In this document: positions 41,092 to 51,300 of the stretch, piece by piece
Layout of the letters: each line of letters begins with the position of its first letter
How positions within the stretch are numbered: position 1 is the stretch's first letter
Assembly (NCBI GenBank): GCA_024346625.1
Contig: AP024667.1
Span: 496,001 to 560,000 of the forward strand
Source of the DNA: Williopsis jadinii
Lineage: Eukaryota
Direction of reading: 5' to 3'
DNA length: 64,000 nt
Notes under the pieces: generated by a model
Told to the model about the DNA's origin: nothing
Seen by the model: the letters and a program-made list of their open reading frames with translations, nothing else
The model's database searches: none
Program-made: the position numbers and the translations under genes

Positions 41092-43740
41092 ATGTCGTGG
41101 GTTCCTTCTCCAGAGGTTGTGTCGCAGCTGAAGCAAGTGCTTGCTGCAACGCTGTCGGCCTCAGCTCAGGTGCGTCATCAGGCGACCGAAGCTCTGTCAC
41201 AGGGTAAACAATTGGATGATTTCACCAATTATTTGTTGTTCATCTTGGTGGAAGAATCAGATACACCCGCTGAGATTCGAGCAGCCTCCGGTGTTACACT
41301 CAAGAATGATCTGCGTAGAGATTTCCACCTCGGTGATAATGAGTACCTTCTGTCAAACGTATTCAAAGGCTTGTTAGCACAGAACACGCTGGTTAGAAAT
41401 ATCACAGGTAATGTCATCACAACGATATTTGCCGCTCTAGGTGTGAAACAATGGCCTAATTCATTGCCACAGCTCTTGGAGCTGGCTCAGAATGGTGATG
41501 TGCTGGCACAAGAAGGTGCAACTGGTGCATTGGCGAAGATTTGTGAAGATTCCAGTCATATATTGGATACCGAGTACAATGGACAGAGACCGTTAGATTT
41601 CATGGTTCCCCAGTTCATCCAACTTACAGCTTCCCCATCAGCAAAAGTCAGGGCCAATGCGCTATTCTCTTTGAACCAGTTTGTTCCATTGCAAACACAG
41701 GGTTTCTTGGTTCATTTGGACGATTTTCTAGGAAGATTGTTTCAGCTTGCAACAGATGAAGACAAAGACGTTAGAAAAAACGTCTGTTCTGCCTTTATTG
41801 GTATCCTGGAGACGAGACCGGACAAGCTCACTCCACATCTGGAAGGAGTCATTAACTACTCTCTTCACTCTATCGAAAATGAAACAGAAGAAGAAGTTCA
41901 ATTGGAGGCCTGTGAGTTCCTTTTCTCATTAGCAGGTTCTGATTTTGCAGAGAGATTGAGTACAGATCTCTTGTCAAAGATCTTACCAGTTCTATTGAAA
42001 TCTATGGTGTACTCGGAGATGGATATTCTTTTGCTCGACACAAATGATGATGCAGATGATGAGGATAAAGAGGAGGACATCAAGCCAACAAACGTCAAGT
42101 CAAGAACTGCTCAGAGTCATACATTGAAAACTGAAGATGATGATGACGATGAAGATGATGATGACGATATTGGGTTTGGCGTTGGATGGAATCTGAGAAA
42201 ATGTAGTGCTGCCACACTTGACATCTTGGCTTCAGCTCTTCCTCAACAAGTGTTGCAAATAAGTTTACCAATTTTAAAGGAGAACATCGCTTCAGATCAT
42301 TGGCCATTGAGAGAAGCTGCCATTTTGGCATTTGGTGCAGTAGCTGAAGGTGGCATTGAGTTTGCATCTCAACAACTTCCTGCCTTGGTTCCGTTCCTTG
42401 TGGAGCGTTTAGGTGATAGTGAGCCAAGTGTCAGACAGATAACATGCTGGACTCTTGGGCGTTATTCATCTTGGATATGCTCAGAAGCACACAAGGGTGG
42501 TGCATACTCAAACTATTTCCCACCAACGTTCCACGCAATCATCACATGTGCTTTGGATAAGAAGAAGATTGTCCAGGAGAGTGCATGTAGCTCTGTGGCT
42601 CAGTTCATCGACAGTGCTGATCAGTCTCTGATCCAACCAATTTCCTCGCAGTTGATTGAGATGTTCCGTAACTGCTTTGTCCTCTACAAGAAGAAGAACA
42701 TGGTTATTCTGTACGATGCTGTTCAGACTCTTGTCGAGAGGGTGGAGTTAGAGCCTGCACAGATATCTGCTTTATTGGAGCCACTTGTTCATAAATGGGA
42801 GATTCTTCCTGACGATGACAAAGAACTTTGGCCTTTGATGGAGTGTTTGTCATCTGTTGCTGCATCTATGGGTGAAGGGTTTGCACCATTTGCTGTCCAG
42901 GTGTACCAACGTTCTGTTAGAATTCTCAGCCAGTGTATTGAGCTTGACCAAAAGAGCTTAACCGACCCATCGATCCATACTCCAGAGAAGGACTTCATTA
43001 TCACGTCACTGGACTTGATTGATGGCTTGTGTCAAGGGCTGTGTGAAATGAGTGGTGGCTTAATGGATGATACTTTGATGAAATTAGTTCTGGAGACATT
43101 GAAGGATACAAACGATGACGTTCGCCAGAGTGCCTATGCACTCTTAGGTGATATGGCTATGTATCTATCGCCTATGCTACAGAACTGGCTAGACGAGATT
43201 GTGGAGTTCTCGATACAGGAGATTGTTACAAGAACCTACGATAGCTTCGCAGTGTGTAATAATGCCACATGGTCGCTGGGAGAGATTGTCCTGAGACTGG
43301 ACCTCACCAATCATCTTGAGAAGCTCGTCGGCGTTTTGATCGATTTGTTGAATTCTCAGTCTTCCTCCACAGTTCTCGAGAATGCTGCGATCACCATCGG
43401 ACGCCTGGGGATGAGACATCCGGAGTTCTTTGGCGTTCATCTCCCAGAGTTTGCTGAACAGTGGATTCTAGCAATGACATACATGGAGGAGAATGAGGAG
43501 AAAGAGACTGCATTTCAAGGCATGTGTCTCATTGTCCTCTCGAACCCGGCTGGGCTGTCTGGCGAGATGCTCGTCAGATTCTTCGAGTGCATGGCCATGT
43601 ACTCACAACCTGGACAAGCTCTCGGAGAGTCTTTCCACAAGTTGATGTTAGGATACAAGTCCCTATTGGCTCAGGACTGGGATCGCTTCATTGTTACAGT
43701 TACAGATGGCCAATCGCTGGTCCAAAGATACGGGGTATAA
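41092..43740 (+). CDS. KAP104: Transportin / importin beta-2
   Basis: HEAT repeats, acidic loop DKEEDIKP, WNLRKCSAATLD, NNATWSLGEI, ENAAITIGRLG. Confidence 0.95.
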   Translation: MSWVPSPEVVSQLKQVLAATLSASAQVRHQATEALSQGKQLDDFTNYLLFILVEESDTPAEIRAASGVTLKNDLRRDFHLGDNEYLLSNVFKGLLAQNTLVRNITGNVITTIFAALGVKQWPNSLPQLLELAQNGDVLAQEGATGALAKICEDSSHILDTEYNGQRPLDFMVPQFIQLTASPSAKVRANALFSLNQFVPLQTQGFLVHLDDFLGRLFQLATDEDKDVRKNVCSAFIGILETRPDKLTPHLEGVINYSLHSIENETEEEVQLEACEFLFSLAGSDFAERLSTDLLSKILPVLLKSMVYSEMDILLLDTNDDADDEDKEEDIKPTNVKSRTAQSHTLKTEDDDDDEDDDDDIGFGVGWNLRKCSAATLDILASALPQQVLQISLPILKENIASDHWPLREAAILAFGAVAEGGIEFASQQLPALVPFLVERLGDSEPSVRQITCWTLGRYSSWICSEAHKGGAYSNYFPPTFHAIITCALDKKKIVQESACSSVAQFIDSADQSLIQPISSQLIEMFRNCFVLYKKKNMVILYDAVQTLVERVELEPAQISALLEPLVHKWEILPDDDKELWPLMECLSSVAASMGEGFAPFAVQVYQRSVRILSQCIELDQKSLTDPSIHTPEKDFIITSLDLIDGLCQGLCEMSGGLMDDTLMKLVLETLKDTNDDVRQSAYALLGDMAMYLSPMLQNWLDEIVEFSIQEIVTRTYDSFAVCNNATWSLGEIVLRLDLTNHLEKLVGVLIDLLNSQSSSTVLENAAITIGRLGMRHPEFFGVHLPEFAEQWILAMTYMEENEEKETAFQGMCLIVLSNPAGLSGEMLVRFFECMAMYSQPGQALGESFHKLMLGYKSLLAQDWDRFIVTVTDGQSLVQRYGV

Positions 43741-44043
43741 GCTTGAGAAACACGTACAAGCAAGAGACAGAGAGAGAAAAAGAAAGACCCGTTCTGGAAG
43801 GAATGCCACTGCCGAATAAAATGCTTTAGAGATCGTATACGTTTATGCATCGTTTCTGTAGGTGGCATTGTGCCTCGGAGAAGTCCGAACGCCGGCGTAA
43901 TTTCCCAAAGTGTTCATCTCCGGAGGCCCAATAGGCATCAAAGCTTCTCTTATCTAGCGGCACATATAAAAGGGAAACGGGAGCCCATTCGGAATAGCAG
44001 CGATGAGCTTATAACATCTGTCAGTATCGCAAGGATAGCCGAG

Positions 44044-45756
44044 ATGTCAAGAGCTTTGGCGTCCAACCATGTTGTCATTGGGAACAAAGTGATTCCTGCC
44101 ACTGTGGTGTTCTCACAGTCCTCAGGAAAGATTCTCAGCATCGAACATAGCATTCTCTCACCGGATGACCCGATTCTTAAGTCATATGACGTTGATAGGG
44201 ACTCATACCGAGATGTTTCACCTTTCTATGTTATGCCTGGTCTTGTGGACTCACACGTTCACCTGAATGAGCCTGGTCGTACCGAGTGGGAGGGTTTTGT
44301 CACTGGTACGCAAGCCGCTGCTGCGGGAGGTGTAACGACTGTTGTTGATATGCCTCTCAATGCCATCCCGCCAACGACGAATGTCAAGAACTTGAACATC
44401 AAACTGGACGCTGCTAAGGGACAGTGCTGGGTAGACGTTGCGTTTTGGGGTGGTCTAGTTCCCGACAACTTGGATGACTTGGTTCCGCTCATTAACGCTG
44501 GTGTTCGTGGGTTCAAGGGGTTTATGATTGACTCTGGTGTGGACGAGTTCCCTGCAATCAACTCGTTCTACATCGACAAGGCGCTAGAGAAGGTCAAAGG
44601 TGAAGACACGTTGATTATGTTCCATGCTGAGATGCAGCCGGCATGCAATAACCATGGGCTTCAAAGCGTGGAAACGTTTGAGCCTCTAGACAGGATAGAC
44701 GAAGTGGAGGATTTTGGTTTTAGTCTCATGCCTGCCACGAGTTTGAAGACAACCCTGTCAAATAACACCACTTTAGAAGAGGCTATTGATAATGATTATA
44801 TCAACAACAACATGTTGAAAAGGGTTCTTACAAATGACCAGGCCAGAGCGTTGGCAGTGGCTCCTATCTTGGCCCCTGCAGAACCAAGAACAGGTGCACC
44901 TTCTGAAATAGTCCATCACGACCACAAGATAGCATCACCACTGTTAGAGGCCCAAAGGGATCAAGATAGCTTAGCCAATGTTGATCCCACAGCGTACGCA
45001 TCGTATCTGGCCTCTCGTCCTGACGTTTTTGAAGTTGAAGCTATAAGGACCTTGATTGGATGTGCTAAGAAGAACCCTTCTGTTCCTTTACATATTGTAC
45101 ACTTGGCTTCAGGTGAAGCAGTTCCGATTCTTGCAGCTGCTCAGAGCCAAGGGCTCAAAATATCTGCTGAAACGTGTTTCCACTATCTCTCGTTCTGTGC
45201 AGAGAAGATTCCAAATTGTTCCACTTTCTTCAAATGTTGTCCCCCAATTCGTACTGAGAAGAACAGGCTTGAACTATGGGATGCGTTGAGACGTGGTATC
45301 ATCAAGACTGTTGTCTCTGATCATTCGCCATGTACACCGGAGTTGAAGAATTTGGCAAAGGGTGACTTCTTCTCCGCATGGGGTGGTATATCATCTGTGG
45401 GACTTGGTCTCCCTGTCTTGCACACAGAGGCGTTGAAATTCATCGAGTTCTCCATCATTGACGTTGTCACATGGACTTGTTACAATACTGCCAAACAGGT
45501 TGGACTTGGCCATCGTAAGGGTAATTTGAAAGTTGGTTATGACGCAGACATTGTCATATTTGACCCATACACAGAACAAAGCATCGAGAACGCAAAGACC
45601 TACTTCAAGAACAAACTAACGGCATACAACGGACGTACTCTAAGAGGAAGAGTTGTGGAAACTATACTAAGGGGAAATTCAATCTTTGCCATTGACAAAG
45701 GCCATTCTAAGATTCCGATGGGAAGAGCCATCTTGGAGAAGAGATCACATGCATAG
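44044..45756 (+). CDS. DAL1: Allantoinase
   Basis: PGLVDSHVHLNEPGRTEWEGF, DMPLNAIPPT, FKCCPPIR, SDHSPC, AWGGISSVGLG. Confidence 0.96.
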   Translation: MSRALASNHVVIGNKVIPATVVFSQSSGKILSIEHSILSPDDPILKSYDVDRDSYRDVSPFYVMPGLVDSHVHLNEPGRTEWEGFVTGTQAAAAGGVTTVVDMPLNAIPPTTNVKNLNIKLDAAKGQCWVDVAFWGGLVPDNLDDLVPLINAGVRGFKGFMIDSGVDEFPAINSFYIDKALEKVKGEDTLIMFHAEMQPACNNHGLQSVETFEPLDRIDEVEDFGFSLMPATSLKTTLSNNTTLEEAIDNDYINNNMLKRVLTNDQARALAVAPILAPAEPRTGAPSEIVHHDHKIASPLLEAQRDQDSLANVDPTAYASYLASRPDVFEVEAIRTLIGCAKKNPSVPLHIVHLASGEAVPILAAAQSQGLKISAETCFHYLSFCAEKIPNCSTFFKCCPPIRTEKNRLELWDALRRGIIKTVVSDHSPCTPELKNLAKGDFFSAWGGISSVGLGLPVLHTEALKFIEFSIIDVVTWTCYNTAKQVGLGHRKGNLKVGYDADIVIFDPYTEQSIENAKTYFKNKLTAYNGRTLRGRVVETILRGNSIFAIDKGHSKIPMGRAILEKRSHA

Positions 45757-45783
45757 GAATACATAATCGTAATATACATCTAG

Positions 45784-46404
45784 CTATACTTCAAAATCCT
45801 TCACTCTGAATCTAAAGAACAGCTCAACAACAATAACTTGCAACAGAGCCATCCCCAGACAAAACAAGATCTCATAGAGAGAGAAGGTGTATATCCTTGA
45901 AAGCGTGGATTTCACCGTTGCATGGTTTCTATGACTGCGGGTCCGATAGTACTGCAGTGATTTCATCACATGATTCACCTGGTCCCTTATATGCTCCACT
46001 GATTCGCTCACCTCGTTGATGGTTTCATCTGCCAAATGGCCAAAGTTGAATCCTGCTTGGACATCGCTGTCCGTGGTGAACTGGAAATCAACAACCTTCT
46101 CTGAAAACGTCGACATCCTATTGGACAAGCAAAGCTCGTACTCCCCAGCAGTGTCCGCTACAAAGGACCACTCTCCCTGTCGCTGCTTCTCGTCCTGTGC
46201 AATGACCTTCTTGTCAGGCCCTCTAACAGCGTAGTCAATATCAAATGATCCACCGCTTTGAACAGCAAAGTAATAGTTAACATTCACCTGCGGCTTGTCT
46301 GCAAAGACATAGAAGCATGACGTCTCGTCAGGTTGGAGTGACACCGTAAGCAGAGAAGCACCTGCCAATGCAAAAATGCTGCCTGCCACGATTAGAAGTC
46401 TCAT
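45784..46404 (-). CDS. p24/emp24 family cargo receptor (Erp3-like)
   Basis: Signal peptide, GOLD domain (YYFAVQSGGSFDID, YELCLSNRMSTFSEKVV), coiled coil, TM; divergent from CDC7 like ERP3. Confidence 0.85.
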   Translation of the reverse strand: MRLLIVAGSIFALAGASLLTVSLQPDETSCFYVFADKPQVNVNYYFAVQSGGSFDIDYAVRGPDKKVIAQDEKQRQGEWSFVADTAGEYELCLSNRMSTFSEKVVDFQFTTDSDVQAGFNFGHLADETINEVSESVEHIRDQVNHVMKSLQYYRTRSHRNHATVKSTLSRIYTFSLYEILFCLGMALLQVIVVELFFRFRVKDFEV

Positions 46405-46564
46405 TGTCTGCTCCTCCAATAGCTCTGTACGGCCTTCACCTTGATGTCCCAGACCGATGATCATGAGATTGTCCCGTCCACAAAGATGATGACCTCATAA
46501 AGCTACGGTCATCACGTCCTCGGAAATCGACAGCCCTTCCCCTCGGAAGTGACTGGAATTTCAG

Positions 46565-46580
46565 ACGCGTGCGCGCGCGT
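46565..46580. promoter_or_regulatory. MCB element and CG-repeat in the CDC7 promoter
   Basis: ACGCGTGCGCGCGCGT. Confidence 0.6.
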
Positions 46581-46740
46581 TGATCTTCAATGTTTTTCTT
46601 TTTTCAGTGTTTGTGTTTAAGTGAGTGTTTTTTTTTTTGCCTCTTCTTCTTCCTTTGATGCTTATACCGTGTTTGTTTACTTTTTACAAAACCACTATCT
46701 TGATCTGAAACTTGGGTTCCTTGAGGGCGGTAAAGCAGAG

Positions 46741-48309
46741 ATGGCCAATGAACTACAAAGAAAGCTGCAGCAAATAGCCGAAGAGGAGGAGACGTCGGTA
46801 CTTCGAGATATCAAGAACACTGCTACGGGTGCTGATAAATTCAATGACCTTGACGATCCGTTTAATGATCATTCTACAAGCGCTTCGAAGCAGCTGCGTA
46901 TTAACTCGCCTTTCCAGACGAATGGGAGCCAAAGGCTATATCCGGAAGGTGAGAATGAAAATGAAAATGAAAAGCAAGGTTCCGGTGAAGTGACACATCC
47001 ATCCTCTGAATTCGATGACGTGCCTCTGGAGATCATCGAAGAGATGGATCGAATCCAAGAGAGTTTTGTTGGTCTTGAAACCAAGTATCGACTCTTGGAT
47101 AAGATTGGCGAGGGTACGTTCTCAACTGTGTACAAGGCGGAATCGTTGCAGAGTGAAACGCGGTACTTGATGGGTGAAAACGTCTACAATTCCCCAGAGA
47201 TTAAGAAGAGGCGGAGAAACGACAAGAATAAGAAGAAGAAGTTTTATGTGGCGTTGAAAAGAATTTATGTGACATCGTCACCTCAGCGTATCTTCAACGA
47301 GTTGAACTTACTCTATATCCTCTCGGGCTCCCGCCATGTCGCTCCGCTATTGGAAGCATTGCGTCATGAAGACCAAATCATTGCTGTACTTCCTTTCTAT
47401 CAGCATGCTGATTTTAGAGACTTCTTCAGAGATATCCCTCTTGAGGGTATCAAGTGTTATATGACCGAACTATTTGAGGCGCTATCATTTGTACACTCAA
47501 AGAAAATAATTCACAGGGACATTAAACCAACTAATTTCCTCTATGATCCTTTCCAAAAGAAAGGTGTCTTGGTAGATTTTGGTTTGGCAGAGCAAGAAAA
47601 ACCTGAACTGAGTCTAAGTGTCTCCCATATGAGACATACACCAGAAGATGCGAATTATTGTCCTTGCAGAAGCGGTAATCGTGGGCCTGTGGGGACTCTT
47701 CAACGAGATGGGTATCCAAAGAATGACCCTAGACCAGGTCGTCGCGCAAATAGAGCAGGAACTCGTGGTTTTAGAGCCCCTGAAGTGTTGTTTAAATGTC
47801 CTTATCAAACAACTAAGATTGATATTTGGTCAGCAGGAGTGGTTCTTTTGACCCTGTTAACTCGGAGATTCCCCTTTTTCAATTCGAGAGATGACATAGA
47901 TGCCTTAGTTGAACTTTCAACTGTATTTGGCGTCCGTGAGATGAAGCATACTGCCCGTCTTCATGGCCTTGGCTTGGAGACGAATTTGAACACGTTGGAT
48001 AAGAAGTATTCCCTTATGGAGATAATTTACAAGACTTTGGCACTCGAGCAGAAAAAACAGACCTTACCAGATGATAGTGTCATGTTTGATACGTTGAGAT
48101 GTTACAACTCTAAAGGACGGATAGAGATCAACCCACTGGATGATGATGAAACGAAATCGATGAAAAGAGAAACCCTCCAGGTGATTGAAGTTATGGAGCA
48201 GTGCTTCCGAATGGATCCAAAGGACAGACCTACGGCACCACAGCTATTGAATCTACCCTTTTTTAAAAAGGATGATGATGACGATGATGATATGATACTT
48301 CTTCAATGA
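46741..48309 (+). CDS. CDC7: DDK catalytic kinase
   Basis: KIGEGTFSTVYKA, ALKRIYVTSSPQRIFNEL, HRDIKPTNFL, DFGLA, RANRAGTRGFRAPEVL. Confidence 0.96.
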   Translation: MANELQRKLQQIAEEEETSVLRDIKNTATGADKFNDLDDPFNDHSTSASKQLRINSPFQTNGSQRLYPEGENENENEKQGSGEVTHPSSEFDDVPLEIIEEMDRIQESFVGLETKYRLLDKIGEGTFSTVYKAESLQSETRYLMGENVYNSPEIKKRRRNDKNKKKKFYVALKRIYVTSSPQRIFNELNLLYILSGSRHVAPLLEALRHEDQIIAVLPFYQHADFRDFFRDIPLEGIKCYMTELFEALSFVHSKKIIHRDIKPTNFLYDPFQKKGVLVDFGLAEQEKPELSLSVSHMRHTPEDANYCPCRSGNRGPVGTLQRDGYPKNDPRPGRRANRAGTRGFRAPEVLFKCPYQTTKIDIWSAGVVLLTLLTRRFPFFNSRDDIDALVELSTVFGVREMKHTARLHGLGLETNLNTLDKKYSLMEIIYKTLALEQKKQTLPDDSVMFDTLRCYNSKGRIEINPLDDDETKSMKRETLQVIEVMEQCFRMDPKDRPTAPQLLNLPFFKKDDDDDDDMILLQ

Positions 48310-51300
48310 TAAAACAGATATCTGTATTTACCTTGCTCCTTCCATTCTCAAGATAGCTCTGAAACTGGAATCCACCAGTGGTACTTTGCAATTATTGAAA
48401 CAAAAACAGAAATGGCCTAAGCCACAAGGCGTTGTTCAGGATGGCAGGCACTTTGTCAACGTGTTTCTTTCAAGCATGCTTCAGAAATGTTACGGTACTA
48501 AGTAGAAAAAAGTTGCAATGACCAGCTATTTCACCACAATGAATCTCATGGACTAGCCTACTGGATCAAATGAATATAGAACAACAAATCAATGTAAGCA
48601 ATGATGACCATATAAAAGAAAGCTTGGACTTATTTCTTAGCTGGAAGTGCTACCCTCATTGGCTTCGCAAACTTCAAATACACTACTAAGTGAATCTAAG
48701 AGGTGCTTTTGGACCTTGCTGTTCCGCATATAACATTACTCAAGTGGGACATCCCTAAATCAATGTATTGTTGGGACATATGCTGAAGTATTGGGTACGC
48801 TGCATGAGTAATTTCATTGACCACGACTACTAATTGCAGTGCCACGCTGTGCTGCCTATTACAGACGTATTATTATGCTCATTCCATTTTGTTCATCAAA
48901 GCCTCCACGTAACTCAGTGATATATTGAACCAATACCTGTATATTAAACCCTGTATTTACTGGTGGTAGTAATCCTGATCAGCCGAGTGCCGACAGCAAG
49001 GTGAGCTGATGATGATTAGGCAAGAGTGAAGCGATCAAGGAGGTTCTGCCAACATAAAGAGTCCAATAGAGTGCGGTAGAAATGAGTTTCGGAACTCATA
49101 TATAGTTACGAATCATGAGCAGGGTCAGATATTTTCCTATCTTCTAATCATTAGGTACTATAGCCAGTCAGCGTTTATTGTGAATTATAAGTTAGTTTGG
49201 TTAATGCATGTAGAAGGTAACCAGAGTTACTGGATACTGTCTTAGTTAGTTGCATATGTATGTATCATGCACCGCCTGTGCTTATGGCATTATGCAATGC
49301 ATATGGTATCCTCACACTATATGCATGTGGCTGTACATTGTAGGGCCCGAAATCCACTCTGGTTGAGATCTTCAGCCTGTTACGGGCGACAAAACGCTAT
49401 TTTGATCTGTGGATGGTAAACTTCTCAATAGCTGAGTCTATCCAAAGTACCTTTTCACGGGCTAGTAATTAGAACATACAGATTATATCTTAAACAATAA
49501 CGGTCCTGTGTGGTGTTCAAACGTTATGACCAAAGCTATTGAAGTTATGGCTGGACTTTCGGTTGATTCCAAAACACGTTGACTGCTAATTTACGTACAC
49601 GTTGCAACACTTGTCCCCTGTGCTCAGTGTAGAGTTTGAGTCGTAAACTCTGATGCGCTTAATAGGTGCCTTATTGGTAAATACTACTAGGGCTCATACG
49701 TAAATAACTCGGGGCGATCGCGGGTCACTGATATCTATTTGTTTATATAACGCCTAGTAATGGATGTTATACATGATGTGCTTACCAACCATACTTCTCG
49801 CTTCTCCGCTATGACTGATGACTATCTGGTGATGTTGTTTGTAAACGATTCGGTACGGTTAGTACCAGACGGCAACTGAACGACTAGATTGCGTCAATGG
49901 GGCAGGAACTTTTGTACGTCCAGAGGTCTTAACTATTTGCCGTTGCTTTAGAACCCATTAACTCCCTTCCTGCAGCAAAGTCTTAGTATCCTTACTCCTG
50001 CCTGTCTCCGACATAATTACCGACAAATCACGGTTCACAATATTTAGGTCTTTTGTGTGCTCTAATTAGAATCTCATTCAGCACGCCTACAGATTGTCTT
50101 CTTTTGAATCAAAGGTTGAACGTTTGATGAGCTAAAGTACAAGCTTTGGTCCATAGACCATGAATTTCAATCACAAATCTGTAGGTCCTGGTCATATATG
50201 ACGAATATTCCGCAAAAATGCTTCTTAATTATACGACTGTGCTTGTAATCCTTCGTAAATCATTAGTCAATGATGTTTGATTATGTAAAGGAGTTATTAT
50301 TTCGATTGACACACATATGATATTGTTTGTTTCTCGGTTGCTCTTCACGTTCAACAACGCTACTGTTTGATATCTTTGCTTTAGTTGGGCACTCCCCTTG
50401 ATCCTTGACCAGATAGTGATAATTTATAATTGGCTTGTTACCATTTCTCCTGACGGTGCTTCATGTCCGCCGAATTCCAGCTCCTGTTCCTACTGTTGAG
50501 TTAAAGTGTTCCAGAAGCACATTTTCGTGAACTTCTAATTATAACTAAGAACCAAACACTCCAATTGATCACACAAGGTGTGCTAGTGTAGTTGAGTACT
50601 TTGACGGAACATTTTGATACCATTCGGCATTTTACCAGTGACTGATGATATACCATACAGTATTTCTTTGTGTATAGTTCACAATTGGAATCTCACTCCT
50701 CTGCTGCTTCAGCAACACTCATTGATACCTATTTCTCGATCCCATGCTGTCATTGCTTTTGGCTTGGGGGACACCTCAATCCAGACTTAATATGTAGTCA
50801 CACTAATTCTTGCAGCCGTGCAGTTTCCAGGAGTGATTCGAGAAATCTGTCGGTGTGGAAAATTATTTTCAGCCGTTAGACAAAAGCCACTATGTGTGAC
50901 ATACTGTACAATCAGGTAGAGTCACGTTGGCAACCAGGCTTGATATTTCATTGGTAGCACTACTGCAGCTTGGCCCAGAACTGTAGCCGGTGAGGCAGAT
51001 TGAGCTGCAAACGGATTTCAAGGATCTGGATTTTTGAGCGAGAGGTAGTGGGCTCGCTAGTCACCTTTGATTCGTAACTTTTGACTCGTAGCATCCAACT
51101 TGTAACTTTTAGGTTTTCATCTGTCACTGAATACGACATATGTGTGAGCACTTTGGGAGTCAAATGTATCGAGATTCGGGTCTAGACGCAAATAGCGGTT
51201 TGTCGGGTTATCTTCTTTAGCACTTATCTTTAAGTACAGTATATGAGACTCTCCAACCTATGATAAAGTTAATGCTTCTATTGAGGCGTGCAACCATTGG

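Noticed and set aside
7665..46740. Extended N-termini in the ORF track (PSF1, AMD1, RCL1, MVP1, NCS1 permease, KAP104, DAL1, CDC7 and others)
   Set aside because: Mostly non-ATG or upstream starts running through promoter elements; family similarity begins at the downstream ATG.
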